Shown here: piece by piece, positions 36,290-47,746 of the stretch
Position numbering within the stretch: position 1 is the first letter of the stretch
Layout: every line of letters begins with the position of its first letter
Origin: Malacoraja senta
Lineage: Eukaryota
DNA length: 64,000 bases
Direction: 5' to 3'
NCBI GenBank assembly: GCA_038087875.1
Contig: CM075989.1
Coordinates: forward strand, 13,394,001 to 13,458,000
Notes under the pieces: generated by a model
The model's database searches: none
What the model saw: the letters and a program-made list of their open reading frames with translations, nothing else
Told to the model about the DNA's origin: nothing
Program-made: the position numbers and the translations under genes

Positions 36290-38195
36290 TAAGAGTCAAG
36301 AGTGTTTTATTGTCATATGTCCCAGACGGGACAATGAAATTCTTACTTGCTGCAGCACAACAGAATATGTGAATATGTAAACATTGTATATAACGGGGGA
36401 AAAAAGTTCAATAAATAACAAATATAGTGCAAATAACAAATAATAATATAGTCTTTTGCAGTTCAGAGCTCATAGCTTATTCGTTGTGTTTAATAGCCTG
36501 ATGGCTACGGGGAAGAAGCTGTTCCTGAACCTGAACGTTACAGTCTTCAGGCTCCTGTACCTTCTTCCTGATGGCAGTGGTGAGATAAGTGTTGGCCAGG
36601 ATGGTGTGGGTCCTTGATGATTTTGGCTGCCTTTTTGAGGCAGTGACTACGATAGATCCCTTCGACAGTGAGGAGGTCAAAGCCGGTGATGGACTGGGCA
36701 GTGGTCACAACTTTTTGTAGTCTTTTTCACTCCTGGACGTTCAAGTTGCCGAATCAGGCCACGATGCAACCAGTCAGAATGCTCGCTACCGTGCACCTCT
36801 AGAAGTTTAGGAGAATCCTCTTCGATATGTCGAATCTCCGTAATCTTCTCAGGAAGCAGAGTCGCTGGTGTGCCTTCTTTACAATTGCATCGGTGTGCTG
36901 GGTCCAGGAAAGATCTTCTGATATAGGCACGCCCAGGAATTTGAAGTTATTGACCCTCTCCACCCGTTGATATAAACAGGATTGTGGGTCCTCATTCTTC
37001 CCCTACTAAAGTCCACAATCAGTTCCTTGGTCTTAGTGATATTGAGAGCCAGGTTGTTGTGCTGCACCATTTGGTCAGTCGGTCGATCTCACTTCTGTAC
37101 TCTGACTCATCCCCATCTGTGATTCGTCCAACTTGATGATGGAGTTCGCACTATGACCGGCTACACAGTCATGGGTATAGAGTGAGTAAAGCAGGGGGCT
37201 GAGCACGCAGCCTTGAGGTGCTCCCGTACTAATTGTTACTGAGGATGAAGTGGTTCCTCCAATTCGAACAGACTGTGGTCTGTGGATGAGGAAGTCGAGG
37301 ATCCAATTACAGAGGGATGCGCAGAGGCCCAGTTCCGTGAGCTTGGTAACCAGCTTGGAAGGGATGATGGTATTAAACGCTGAGCTGTAGTCTATAAACA
37401 ACAGCCTGACGTGGGTGTTTTTATTGTCCAAGTGGTCCAGTGCGGAGTGGAGAGCCAGTGAAATTGCATCTACCTGTTGTGGTGGTATGCAAACTAGTTG
37501 GTCGAGGTAGGAGTTGATGTGCACCATAACCAACCTCTCAAAGCACTTCATCACCACAGACGTTAGTGCCACTGGTCGATAGTCATTGAGACACGTCACT
37601 TTACTCTTCTTGGGCACCGGTATTATTGATGCCCTCATAAAGCAGGTGGAAAAACTCAGACCTCAGAAGTGAGAGGTTGAAAATGTCTGCAAAAACTCCC
37701 GGCAGTTGGTCTGCACAGGTCTTGAGAACTCAACCGGGTATACCATCAGGTCCAGGCACTTTCCAAGGGTTCACCCCCTGGAAGGATCTTCTGACGTCGG
37801 CCTCTGTGACTATGACTGTAACACCGTCAGGGTGAAAAGGGGCTCGGGAAGGCACATCAGTATTCTCCCTATCGAACCGTGAATAGAACGCATTGAGCTC
37901 ATCAGGAAGTGATGCTTCGCTGTCGTTTGAGCCACCTCCTGATTTCGCATTGTAGGAGATGATGGTATTCAAGCCCTGCCACAGTTGCCGAACATCCGTC
38001 CCATCCTCCAGCTTAGAGCAGAAGTCCCTTTTGGCCTTTTTGATGGCCTTGCCAAGGTCGTATCTGGACTTCTTATAGACCTCTGTATCGCCAGACCTGA
38101 ATGCCCGGGATCTGGACTTCAGAAGAATGCGGATCTCATGGTTCATCCAAGGCTTCTGGTTAGGAAACACTCGGAAGGTTTTTGTTGGACTGCAT
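36290..38195 (-). mobile_element. Rex1/Babar-like LINE fragment
   Basis: [43 protein letters not shown] and [20 protein letters not shown] motifs; ACTCTTG-type tail near 36290. Confidence 0.88.
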
Positions 38196-38280
38196 ACACT
38201 AGAAAGATTATGGTACACTATGAAAAATAACTTTGTAAATAAAGTATTTATTATTAATGGGTACAATGAGCTATCATTTG

Positions 38281-38570
38281 TGTAGGAAGGAACTGAAGAT
38301 GCTGGTTTAAACTGAAGATAGACACAAAAAGCTGGAGTAACTCACCGGGCCAGGCAGCATCTCTAGAGAGAAGCAATGGATGATGTTTCGGGTTACTTTT
38401 TTGCATATCTTTCATTCGTTGCCTTTGTCTACATCATTGTCTATATCTCTCGTTTCCCTTTTCCCTAACTAGTTGGAAGGAGGGTCACTAACCCGAAACA
38501 GCACCCATTCCTTCTCTCCAGAGATGCTGCCTGTCCGGCTGAGTTACCCCAGCTTTTTGTGTCTATCCAC
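38281..38570. mobile_element. Palindromic PLE-derived short element
   Basis: Inverted arms; flanking direct repeat GAGCTATCATTTGTGT (38268-38283, 38571-38586). Confidence 0.8.
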
Positions 38571-39262
38571 GAGCTATCATTTGTGTTCAACTGGTAGCTC
38601 ATTTTTATGGAATCTAAAAATGTGTTGTTCTGTGGTGAGATCTTAGACTGTGTGCAACTCTGCATATGTAGCTTTTAATTGTTCCCTTTGAAGCAAAAAT
38701 ACAACAAAATGTGTTTTCTTGTTATTTAATCAATCTATATACAAATACAATCAAGCCAGACACAAGTACAAAAGTTAGTGCAAAGAGAAAAGTACCAGAG
38801 CGCAGAATATAGTGTTATAACGATACGGTTGCAGAGAAAATGCAGACAAATAAATGTGCACCAAGGTAAGTTGGGAGATCAGGACTACACACAGCTTCTG
38901 AGGAGTCTGTTCTGGAGGAAGAAGGTGTACCTAAATCTGGTAGTATGTGCTTTTAACCTATTGTATCTTCTGCCCATTGGGAGAAGAAGGAATGATCATG
39001 GTGTAAATGGTCCTTGATCATGTGCTGCTTTCCCATGGCAGAGAAGGGAAGTGTAGATGGAGTTGATGGGGGTGGCTGGTTTGTATGGTGGATTGGACAA
39101 CTCTCAGGAATTTCTTGCGTTGCTTTTAATGGTGTCTAATCCAACAAAGATGGGACTGAATAGTTTAATAACAGTGTATTTATTAAGGATAGATCCCTTC
39201 TAAGAATATGAAGCTTAATTAAGGAATGACCAATGTTTTATGTGTTCTATCTTATTCTACAG

Positions 39263-39401
39263 AGGGCAATGGAGAACCAGATCAACACAAACTTAGATTG
39301 CTCTGATACAATCACACTTCACAGTGCTGCACCACAATTCATTATTGGTCCGGGAGGAGTGGTCAATTTAACTGGCTTAGTTACTACATCAAAGGCATCA
39401 G
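39263..39401 (+). CDS. GABPB1: GABPB1 exon
   Basis: [46 protein letters not shown]; 139 nt; GTATGT donor. Confidence 0.95.
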
Positions 39402-40060
39402 GTATGTTGGCAATTACTTAGTTTCCCATTGATGTGAAATCACTCCTCTTCCTGTTATCCTTGTTCTCTTGTATCTAATGCAGATAACTTATTAGAGTAA
39501 AAGTGGAGAAGGAGCTTTACCTAGTAATGGAGGTTGAGAACAAGTAGAGGAGCCTGATTTCAAGCAATGCAAGTGACATTAATGTGCACGGCCCTGCTTA
39601 ATTTTTCTCAATGTGTCAGTGGGTGAAACTGATTACAGAATATGTGAACTTTCCAATGCAACCTCTATTGATTATAGGTTTAAAATGTTTTAACGTGTAG
39701 GACTGATATTATTCTCATGTACAGCAAGTTAATCAATAATGATCTCAACACAATAAAGAGACATAACTTAAATTTGGATAACCAGAAAGTAGATGCGGTT
39801 TGGGAGAGAAAGTAATTTATGGGGTTGGTACACAGTAGGACAGAGTAAAGGCACTCCTCGACTTATGTAATGGGCAACTTGTGATTCCACATCCCACTGT
39901 GTTAGAGAATTAAAAAATGTACCATTACTAAGTCAAGAAATTTCTCTTCATTAGAAGGCAAGTATAGCATGTGCAGGTGTACACTGCCATCTGCAGGTTC
40001 TGTACCAAGTCGCATCCCATGCTGTTATCATCATTGGATCTGAATCCTAGAACTTCCTAT

Positions 40061-40411
40061 AGGGCCTGTCCCACTTAGGCGATTTTTTAGGCGACTGCCG
40101 ACGACTAGGCTATCGCCACACGGTCGCCGGGGACTCATGGTCGTGAGTAGTCTCCTCAGTCGCCCAAAGAGTCGTAGCGTTTTTCTGGTCGCAGCTGGAT
40201 TTTGAAATGTTCAAAACTTTTCGGCGTCAGTCGGCGACCGTGGGCTTGTCGTAGCTTGTCTTCTCCTGAAGTAGGTGCTGTCGTAGGTTGTCGCCGGGAT
40301 GGCAGAGGTTGTCGTCAGGTGACGTAGGTTGTCGCCGGTGCTGACTTCGGTGAATTCCATTGTCGTATTCGCCGGCAGTCGCATCAAAAATCTCCTAGTG
40401 GGACAGGCCCT
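40061..40411. mobile_element. MITE with CTGTCCCACT terminal core (Harbinger-like)
   Basis: AGGGCCTGTCCCACT...AGTGGGACAGGCCCT with a 3-bp TAT duplication; internal GTCG repeats. Confidence 0.78.
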
Positions 40412-41665
40412 TATCTCCTCTGAGCATAGGACCCTAGTTTTCCAAGGAAGCCGCTCATCCGTACCTTCTGAAGGTAATAGGAGGGGGCAATAGGTGCTGA
40501 TCTTAACAGTGATGTCTGTAATCTAAAAGGTAACATTTTTTTGAAGGGCTGTCTGTCCCTCATAAGCATTGCTAATTATAGAAGCAAATTATAGAGGACT
40601 GATGATGCCACTTACTATAGTTTCTGTACTTGCAGTAATTCTAAACAACTCTCCTGATTGTCATTCATATTCAGTGGGTTGTTTTTGTACATTCTGTACT
40701 TAATCAGGGATTGCACCTATGTATGTCAATAATCGTACTGAACTGTATGAAAAAAAGAATGTCATTCTACCTAGATAATAAAGAATCATAAATCTGTTCA
40801 TTTACCCTGCTGAGACATGTTCCCCGAAACACTGCAACTTATGAGTTCCCTTTTGCTCACCAGCAATATTATCCATCTGTTTCACATAGTTTATTTTTTA
40901 ATTCCCAAATTGTAATGCAGCATGTTGAGAGTGAGCAACGAGTGTTACTCTAGCCGGATGCCCAATACGTCACTTTTTAAGGTTTGATCTTTGCATCCAG
41001 CATGTTCCCTGAATTCACATCCTTTCCCATGAGGTCAGCAAGACCATGTTTCTCCTGTTTAATTTTTTTATTTATTTGCAAAGATGGTCCTCCTTTTCAC
41101 ATTGTACCTCTGGAAATTAATTGCAATAACATGATGATCAAGTATATTTATGAAGTGGTATTGCAGTTCAGAATTATTTAAACTGGTTTAACATATCAAG
41201 TCGACGAAAGAGTTAAGCTGAAGCATTCACTCTTGTCCTCTTTCCACAGTAGCTGTCTGACCTGATGGTATCAGCACTTTCTGTTTTATTTCAGATGTCC
41301 ATTATCTGCAGTTTTATTGATTATTCAATTAAAATTTAAATATCGAGTTGTAGTATCCTACAGCACAGAAAATGACTCTTCAGCCCACCATGTCCATGCT
41401 GACCCATTTGCCCACTTCAGGCCTGTTTCCTCCTTTACTGTGCCCACTTAACTATATCTGTAATATCCTCTGAAACATCGTCTTCATATCTAATTTCACC
41501 ACCTCCTCTGTAGTGTTCCAGATATCAACCACTCTGTGCTAAATTATTTAGCTTTATTTAAAAATATCACAGCTTTTAAAAAATGATTCTCTTTTAGTAC
41601 TTCAGATTGTAGGACTCTTGCAACTTGTTACCTGAGAAGAATAACATTTGTTCTTTTAATTTTAG

Positions 41666-41764
41666 ACTCGGGACAGTTTGGGAATTCCTCTACATCGGTG
41701 TTGGCTACACTAGCTGCCTTGGCAGAAGCATCGGCACCATTGACACATACATCTGAAGCACCAG
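41666..41764 (+). CDS. GABPB1: GABPB1 exon
   Basis: [33 protein letters not shown]; 99 nt; phase 1 to 1. Too short to appear in the ORF track. Confidence 0.95.
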
Positions 41765-44292
41765 GTTAGAAAGCAACTGCTGCTCATTCTTTAAGATGTA
41801 TGACTTACCGAAATAATATGAGATTTGTCAAAAGTGAAAGTGTTTTGTCAAAAGTGCTATGTAGCCTGCAAAGACACAAGCAAAACATTTCACCAGCAAA
41901 ATGAACTCTTCTGCAATTTCAATTTTAATTAGATTTTATTTTTTAATATAAGAAACGCTCAACAATAGTTCTCACTTCAACAATGCAGAGAGGTTTTACA
42001 AAGGTATTTGTGCTGTAATGCCCATAATGCTATCTCCTTCATATTTCCTTCATCAATCCTTTCCTTCACTACTGATGCATCCTTAAGAAGTTAAGGATGT
42101 AATTGCTTCCACAATCAAGGTTAGCTGATGGAAAGCAATATATTTTCTTTGAGAAGGTACCTCAGCTTTCACAAACCAGCAAAATCTTGTATGTTTGCGC
42201 TGTCTCTGTAAACGTTCTATAAACCACCATTCCAACATCATTTCTGTCCAATATGTTAGGCTAATCTCAGCTAATACTAACTTTCATTGTTGCAAATATT
42301 ATAAGAAATGAATCGTAGATTCCTAAAAATCTGTTTCTACAGCATAAAAAATGGATTATGGCCCACCTCAACCATGCCACCTGTGATACCTATCTACGCT
42401 AATCCCATTTGCCTGTGTTGTGGTTCAAAACCATAACTTTGCCCTCAATATTAGCAAAACTGAAGACTTGGTTTTTGACCTAAGGATGCGAAGGGGTGAA
42501 CAAAATCCTGTCCTCATCAATGGATGCCTGTGGAAATGGTCAACAGCTTCAAGTTCTTAAGCATCACTATCATCTGAAACGCAACCTGATCACACTGATT
42601 CAGTGATCACATCAGTGTATTTACTTTCTTTGCCATCTGAGAAGATTTGGCACTATTTTTATGTCTTTATTAAGTACCAAATGTCTATCTAATTGGTATT
42701 GTGATAAATGTCAATGGCACAACTCTATTTGTAATGCTCAATGTTCTGGGTGTGTGTGAGAACTATAACTAATAGTATGCATGGAAGAGAGAAGATTGAA
42801 AATCAAAAACACTGCAGATGCTGGAAATGTAAAATAAACCAAAATGCAATAATAGATAGTGGGTCAAGCAGCATCTGTGTAAAGTGAAAGTTATTATTTC
42901 AGGCCTTTCATAAGAAAAGAGAAGATTGTTTATTCACCAATTGTTATGGTTTCCATATTTTATCAATTACCTTCTTTGTGGATGTGCATTGAATGATATG
43001 TTATATTTTCATCAAGAATGAAATACTTTGAAAGGCAGGAATATAACACTTTATAAACATTTTTGCCTTATTTGGTGCTTTCTTCAGTAGCCTGGGTAGA
43101 TTGAGTCTGTAGAAGGGTCTCGACCCAAAACGTCACTAATTCCTTCTCTCCAGAGATGCTGCCTCTCCCGCTGAGTTTTACTCCAGTTTTTTGTGTCTAG
43201 GTTGGTAGATTATCAGATCGAACCTATGTTTGCTAATCTACAGCAGCATGTGTGATGTTGAAGTATATTATAGATAGAGTTATAGAAAATATTCTTCATC
43301 TCCAGGCACAATATTCTTCATCTCCAGGCACATCATCCAATGTGATGTAAAATAATATAATTTCCATTAATTCTGTTAAAATTCTCAATGTTTTAATTAT
43401 CTTTCTCTTTGGCGTTTGCATTTGAACATTCTGCAATATTTTTGGTCATCTTAAAAGGGTAAAAATGACCAACCAAAGTAAACTGTGGTGAAACTTAACC
43501 AGAACGTTTGTGTAACTGTAAAACTCTCCTTAAAGTTACTAGCTCCCTGGGTTCATGCCATCTTCAACCATAAGCATTCAATTAAACATTGAAATCCCCA
43601 GGCACATCGGAATATTTTTGTATCAGTAATCAAATGAAACCCTGGCATGGTTTAGTGGGTAGGAATATGGTGGTGATGGTGAATGCTGTGTAGATGAAAA
43701 TAATGTTAATTATGTTATACTGAAACAGTCAAATACTAGGATTTTTGAAACAGGATAACTGGCTTCTTTTGTGCATATGGATAGAAAAGGTTAGGGGAAT
43801 ATAGACTAGGCACAGGCAAGTGCGACTAGCTCTGCTCGGCAACTTGGTCGCAGTGAACAAGTTGAGCCGAAGGGACTTTCGTGCTGTAGAGTTCTATGAG
43901 TTTAAGACTGTTTTGTTTCTAGGTTCATGGGTACCAATGCAGTAAGTTGCTTATCCTTCACAGGAAAGGCTGCCTGTGACAGTTGAAGTGCAAATGATCG
44001 TTCAAGACAGTGATGGGCTTACCATGCGCCTCTTGGTTTCAGTCAAAATGATGACAACTTGATGTACCTGCCTGTTGGTAGTGGGGTGAGATTGGCTGGA
44101 GGGTAGCTGGGATCTGCATTGAGGATGGGTTGCCTGAACTAGTGTTCTCCTGGAATTAGTGTGGTGGGGGGAAGGGTATATTTACTTAGGTAGCCCCTGA
44201 TGTGGGTGGCAATGTTGGGCTTGGTGATTCTTTGTTGCAATTTTATTTTAACGTCTTAGTTCGTATATACTGTATGTCCAGTTAATCCTTAA

Positions 44293-44587
44293 ACCCCTGT
44301 CCCACTTTCCCGAGTTACTCACGAATTCTCCCGAGTTTTCCCCTTGATTCAAACTCGGAGATGCCAGCCGTAGGTACTCTGGGCTATTTTTTTTACTCAT
44401 GGACATTTTTCAACATGCTGAAAAAACGTCCCAACTTACCTGATGCCCCGAGTACCTACGGCTAGCATTACGAGCCGCTACAAAATATCTACAGCCTCCT
44501 ACGGACTCCAACGGACATTCTCCGAGTTTGAATCAAGGGGAAAACTCGGGAGAATTTGTGAGTAACTCGGAAAAGTGGGACAGGGGC
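44293..44587. mobile_element. MITE with about 68-bp TIRs and CTGTCCCACT core
   Basis: CCCCTGTCCCACTTTCCCGAGTTACTCACGAATTCTCCCGAG...CTCGGAG inverted at both ends; TTAA on both flanks. Confidence 0.8.
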
Positions 44588-44728
44588 TTAACTTCTCTTC
44601 CTGCTTCCCAGTGGGTGCTTCTTAGCTTTTAATCAAAATAAGTGTTTAGTTCATAATGATATCTAAAGTGGAAATGTCGACTTTCAGAATTCAGGATTAT
44701 ATGAGAATTTTTTTTTTTCTTCTTTCAG

Positions 44729-44911
44729 CAATTGCTACAGAGGAAGTAGTAACAGCAGACTCTGTGGATAGTGCCATACAACAAGTTGTCAGCAGTGGAG
44801 GTCAGCAAGTGATTACCATAGTTACTGATGATATTCAGTTGAGCAACTTGCAGGCAGCCAGTGACAGCATGAATCAACCAATCATTGTGACAATGCAGGA
44901 TGGACGGCAAG
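44729..44911 (+). CDS. GABPB1: GABPB1 exon (transactivation region)
   Basis: [34 protein letters not shown]...[12 protein letters not shown]; 183 nt. Confidence 0.96.
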
Positions 44912-45409
44912 GTAAAGTGTAATTAATTGATAACATACAATGTGAGCAAATACTCATTCCCTGCTTCCTGGTATTCCCTCTTTAACTATTGATGTAAGAT
45001 AACTATTGCAAAGCATAATACACCAGGGGAATTGAGCAGGTGCAACACACATTTATTAAATTAAGGTTGTATTTGCTTTGGCTGCACTTGGTGACAGTAA
45101 AAATAAAACTAATATTTTTATTTCAAAGAATTTGTAGAGATATAATCACCTTGCACATTAAATGCTTAAAATAATAAAATACATTTCAGCTGCTCACAAT
45201 CATTAAAATGAAGCGCAACAATTAATAGGATTTGGTTTCTGAAGTTGGTTTTTTTCAAATATGTAAATACTGATTCTGTTCTATTCTGTTGTGTAGTTTT
45301 TGCACAATCCGCAGGCATTGCCACTTTCATTCCACTGCACATCTTGTATGTGTATGTGACGAATAAACTTGACTTGACATGTTCTGTTGAATCTATCTCC
45401 ATCTCCTAG

Positions 45410-45525
45410 TTTTGACTGTTCCAGCCACTGACATTGCTGAGGAGACTGTGATCACTGAAGAACCATTGATAAAGAGGCGTTGTGTGGAGATAATTGAAAA
45501 TCACATTGATAGCACAGAGATCGAG
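45410..45525 (+). CDS. GABPB1: GABPB1 penultimate coding exon
   Basis: [39 protein letters not shown]; 116 nt; GTAAGC donor. Confidence 0.96.
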
Positions 45526-46184
45526 GTAAGCATACAAGGAATCATTAATTTCTGGCGGGGTTGTGGGCAGGGGGTTGGAAGAGATTGGGGGAGGGGGGAA
45601 GATAATCATGACTGAGGCATTAGTTAGCACTGAATCTGTGGCATGGCTATTTGCATTATTTGCTTCTGGAAGAACCCCAATCGCTGGATCTTTCACCAGT
45701 GTTTTTGCTGCTACAAAGTTTAGAATATGATCACTCATTATATTCATCGCTGCATTTCTGTTATCTTCAGTACTGAGACTCTTTCATGGATCTATCCCAG
45801 ATATTCTTTCACCAAGTGATCTGTGTGGTGTTATCTGCACACTTTTGTTTTTAAAGTATTTGAGAACAAATGTCAACAGTTGTGATTTCCTTTGGAGACA
45901 TTTAGATTTATGTTCACTCATTTTGGGAGAGAGATGGAGAGATGTCATATATACTAACACAGTAAAACGACACGGGACACATCTCGTGGATATTGTAATC
46001 GATAGAGGAAAAGGAACAACCAAACATTTTGCTGCAATGTTGAAGTAATCCCATAAACATCTGAGTTCCAGTTGCCTAATGTCCTCTGAATCGACTGCTT
46101 AAAACAAAACAGAAGAGCCCAAAAAAACTAACTGCTAGAAGAACTCAGCAGGTCAGGCAGGATCTGTGGAGGGAAATGTACAGT

Positions 46185-46378
46185 CTGTTTTATGTTTTTT
46201 TAAACTTTTAAACATCAATAACATAAAATATACCATCAATCTGAACGTAACTTGTTTCATTTACATCACAGAACAATGGTAAGGTGGGCCAAAATGGTAG
46301 CGCTATCCTCTACTGTTTTTGCACAAATTGAGGTACAATCAAACAAACAAACATGATGAGAGTTTTAGTAATATAGAT
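46185..46378 (-). mobile_element. Helitron-like 5' end fragment
   Basis: Minus strand A|TCTATATTACTAAAACTCTCATCATGTTTGTTTG, similar to 8100-8190. It interrupts a decayed PLE palindrome (46130-46515). Confidence 0.55.
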
Positions 46379-47009
46379 CTCCCCGTCGCTCTCAGTCTAG
46401 AAGAAGTTTTGACCGAAACATCGATTGTCTATTTCCCTCCACAAGCACTGCCTGACCTGCTGAACCCCTCCAGCAGTTTTTAAAATTTTTGCTGCAGTTC
46501 CAGCACCTGTAGTCCCTTATCACCTTTGAGCAGAGACTAAATGTATTGTCTAACACATTTCCATATTAAATCTATGCTGGAATCTGATGTTTCTAATATG
46601 GTGCCCAAAGTGTATGGACCTATATCACACCCTCGCTTCAGTCCTCATGTTTTGTTCCATTGCCCATTTGGTCAGAGTGGGACCTGTGTCTAAATCTCTT
46701 GTTCATTCCTGAATCATTTAATAACTTCTAACAGCAACAGTTTTGTGTACAGTGCCATCCATAATGTTTGGGACAAAGACCCACCATTTATTTATTTGCC
46801 TCTGTACTCCACAATTTTAGATTTGCAATAGGAAAAAAAAATCACATGTGGTTAAAGTGCACATTGTCAGATTTTATTGAAGGTCATTTTTATACATTTT
46901 GGTTTCACCATGTGGAAATTACAGCTGTGTTTATACATAGTCCCCCCCATTTCAGGGCACCATAATGTTTGGGACACATGACTTCATATGGGACACATTG
47001 CTCTTTGTC

Positions 47010-47370
47010 AGAGACCATATAACCATATAACAATTACAGCACGGAAACAGGCCATCTTGGCCCTTCTAGTCCGTGCCGAACACTTACTCTCACCTAGTCC
47101 CATCTACCTGCACACAGACCATAGCCCTCCATTCCTTTCCCGTCCATATACCTATCCAATTTTTTTTTAAATGATAAAATCGAACCTGCCTCCACCACTT
47201 CCACTGGAAGCTCATTCCACACAGCTACCACTCTCTGAGTAAAGAAGTTCTCCCTCATGTTACCCCTAAACCTTTGTCCCTTAATTCTCAAATCATGTCC
47301 TCTTGTTGAATCTTCCCTACTCTCAATGGAAAAAGCTTATCCACGTCAACTCTGTCTATCCCTATCCCTC
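47010..47370 (-). mobile_element. CR1-like 3' fragment nested in Tc1
   Basis: DRVDVDKLFPL...RIKGQRFRGNMRENFFTQRVVAVWNELP; (TTATATGG)-type tail. Confidence 0.8.
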
Positions 47371-47746
47371 TCAGCCAAATCTTAGGCTTACCAAAATCAA
47401 CTGTTTGGAACAAAGAGACCACTGGTGAGCTTACTAATCGCAAAGGGACTGACAGGCCAAGGAATATCTCCACAGCTGATGACAGAGTAATTCTCTCTAT
47501 AATGTAGAAAAACGCCGAAACACCTGTCTGGCAGATCAGAAACACACTTCAGGAGTCAGGTGTGGATTTGTCAATGACCACTGTCCACAGAAGACCCCAT
47601 GAACAGAAATACAGAGGCTACACTGCAAGATGCAAACCACTGGTTAGTTGGAAAAATAGGATGGCCTGAATGCCAAGAAGTACTTAAAAGAGCAACCTCA
47701 GATCTGGAAAAAGGCCTTGTGGACAGATGAGATGAAGATTAACTTA

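Noticed and set aside
43289..43331. 22-bp tandem duplication (similar small ones near 14508, 16162, 55404)
   Set aside because: Ordinary slippage or repair duplications with no further structure.
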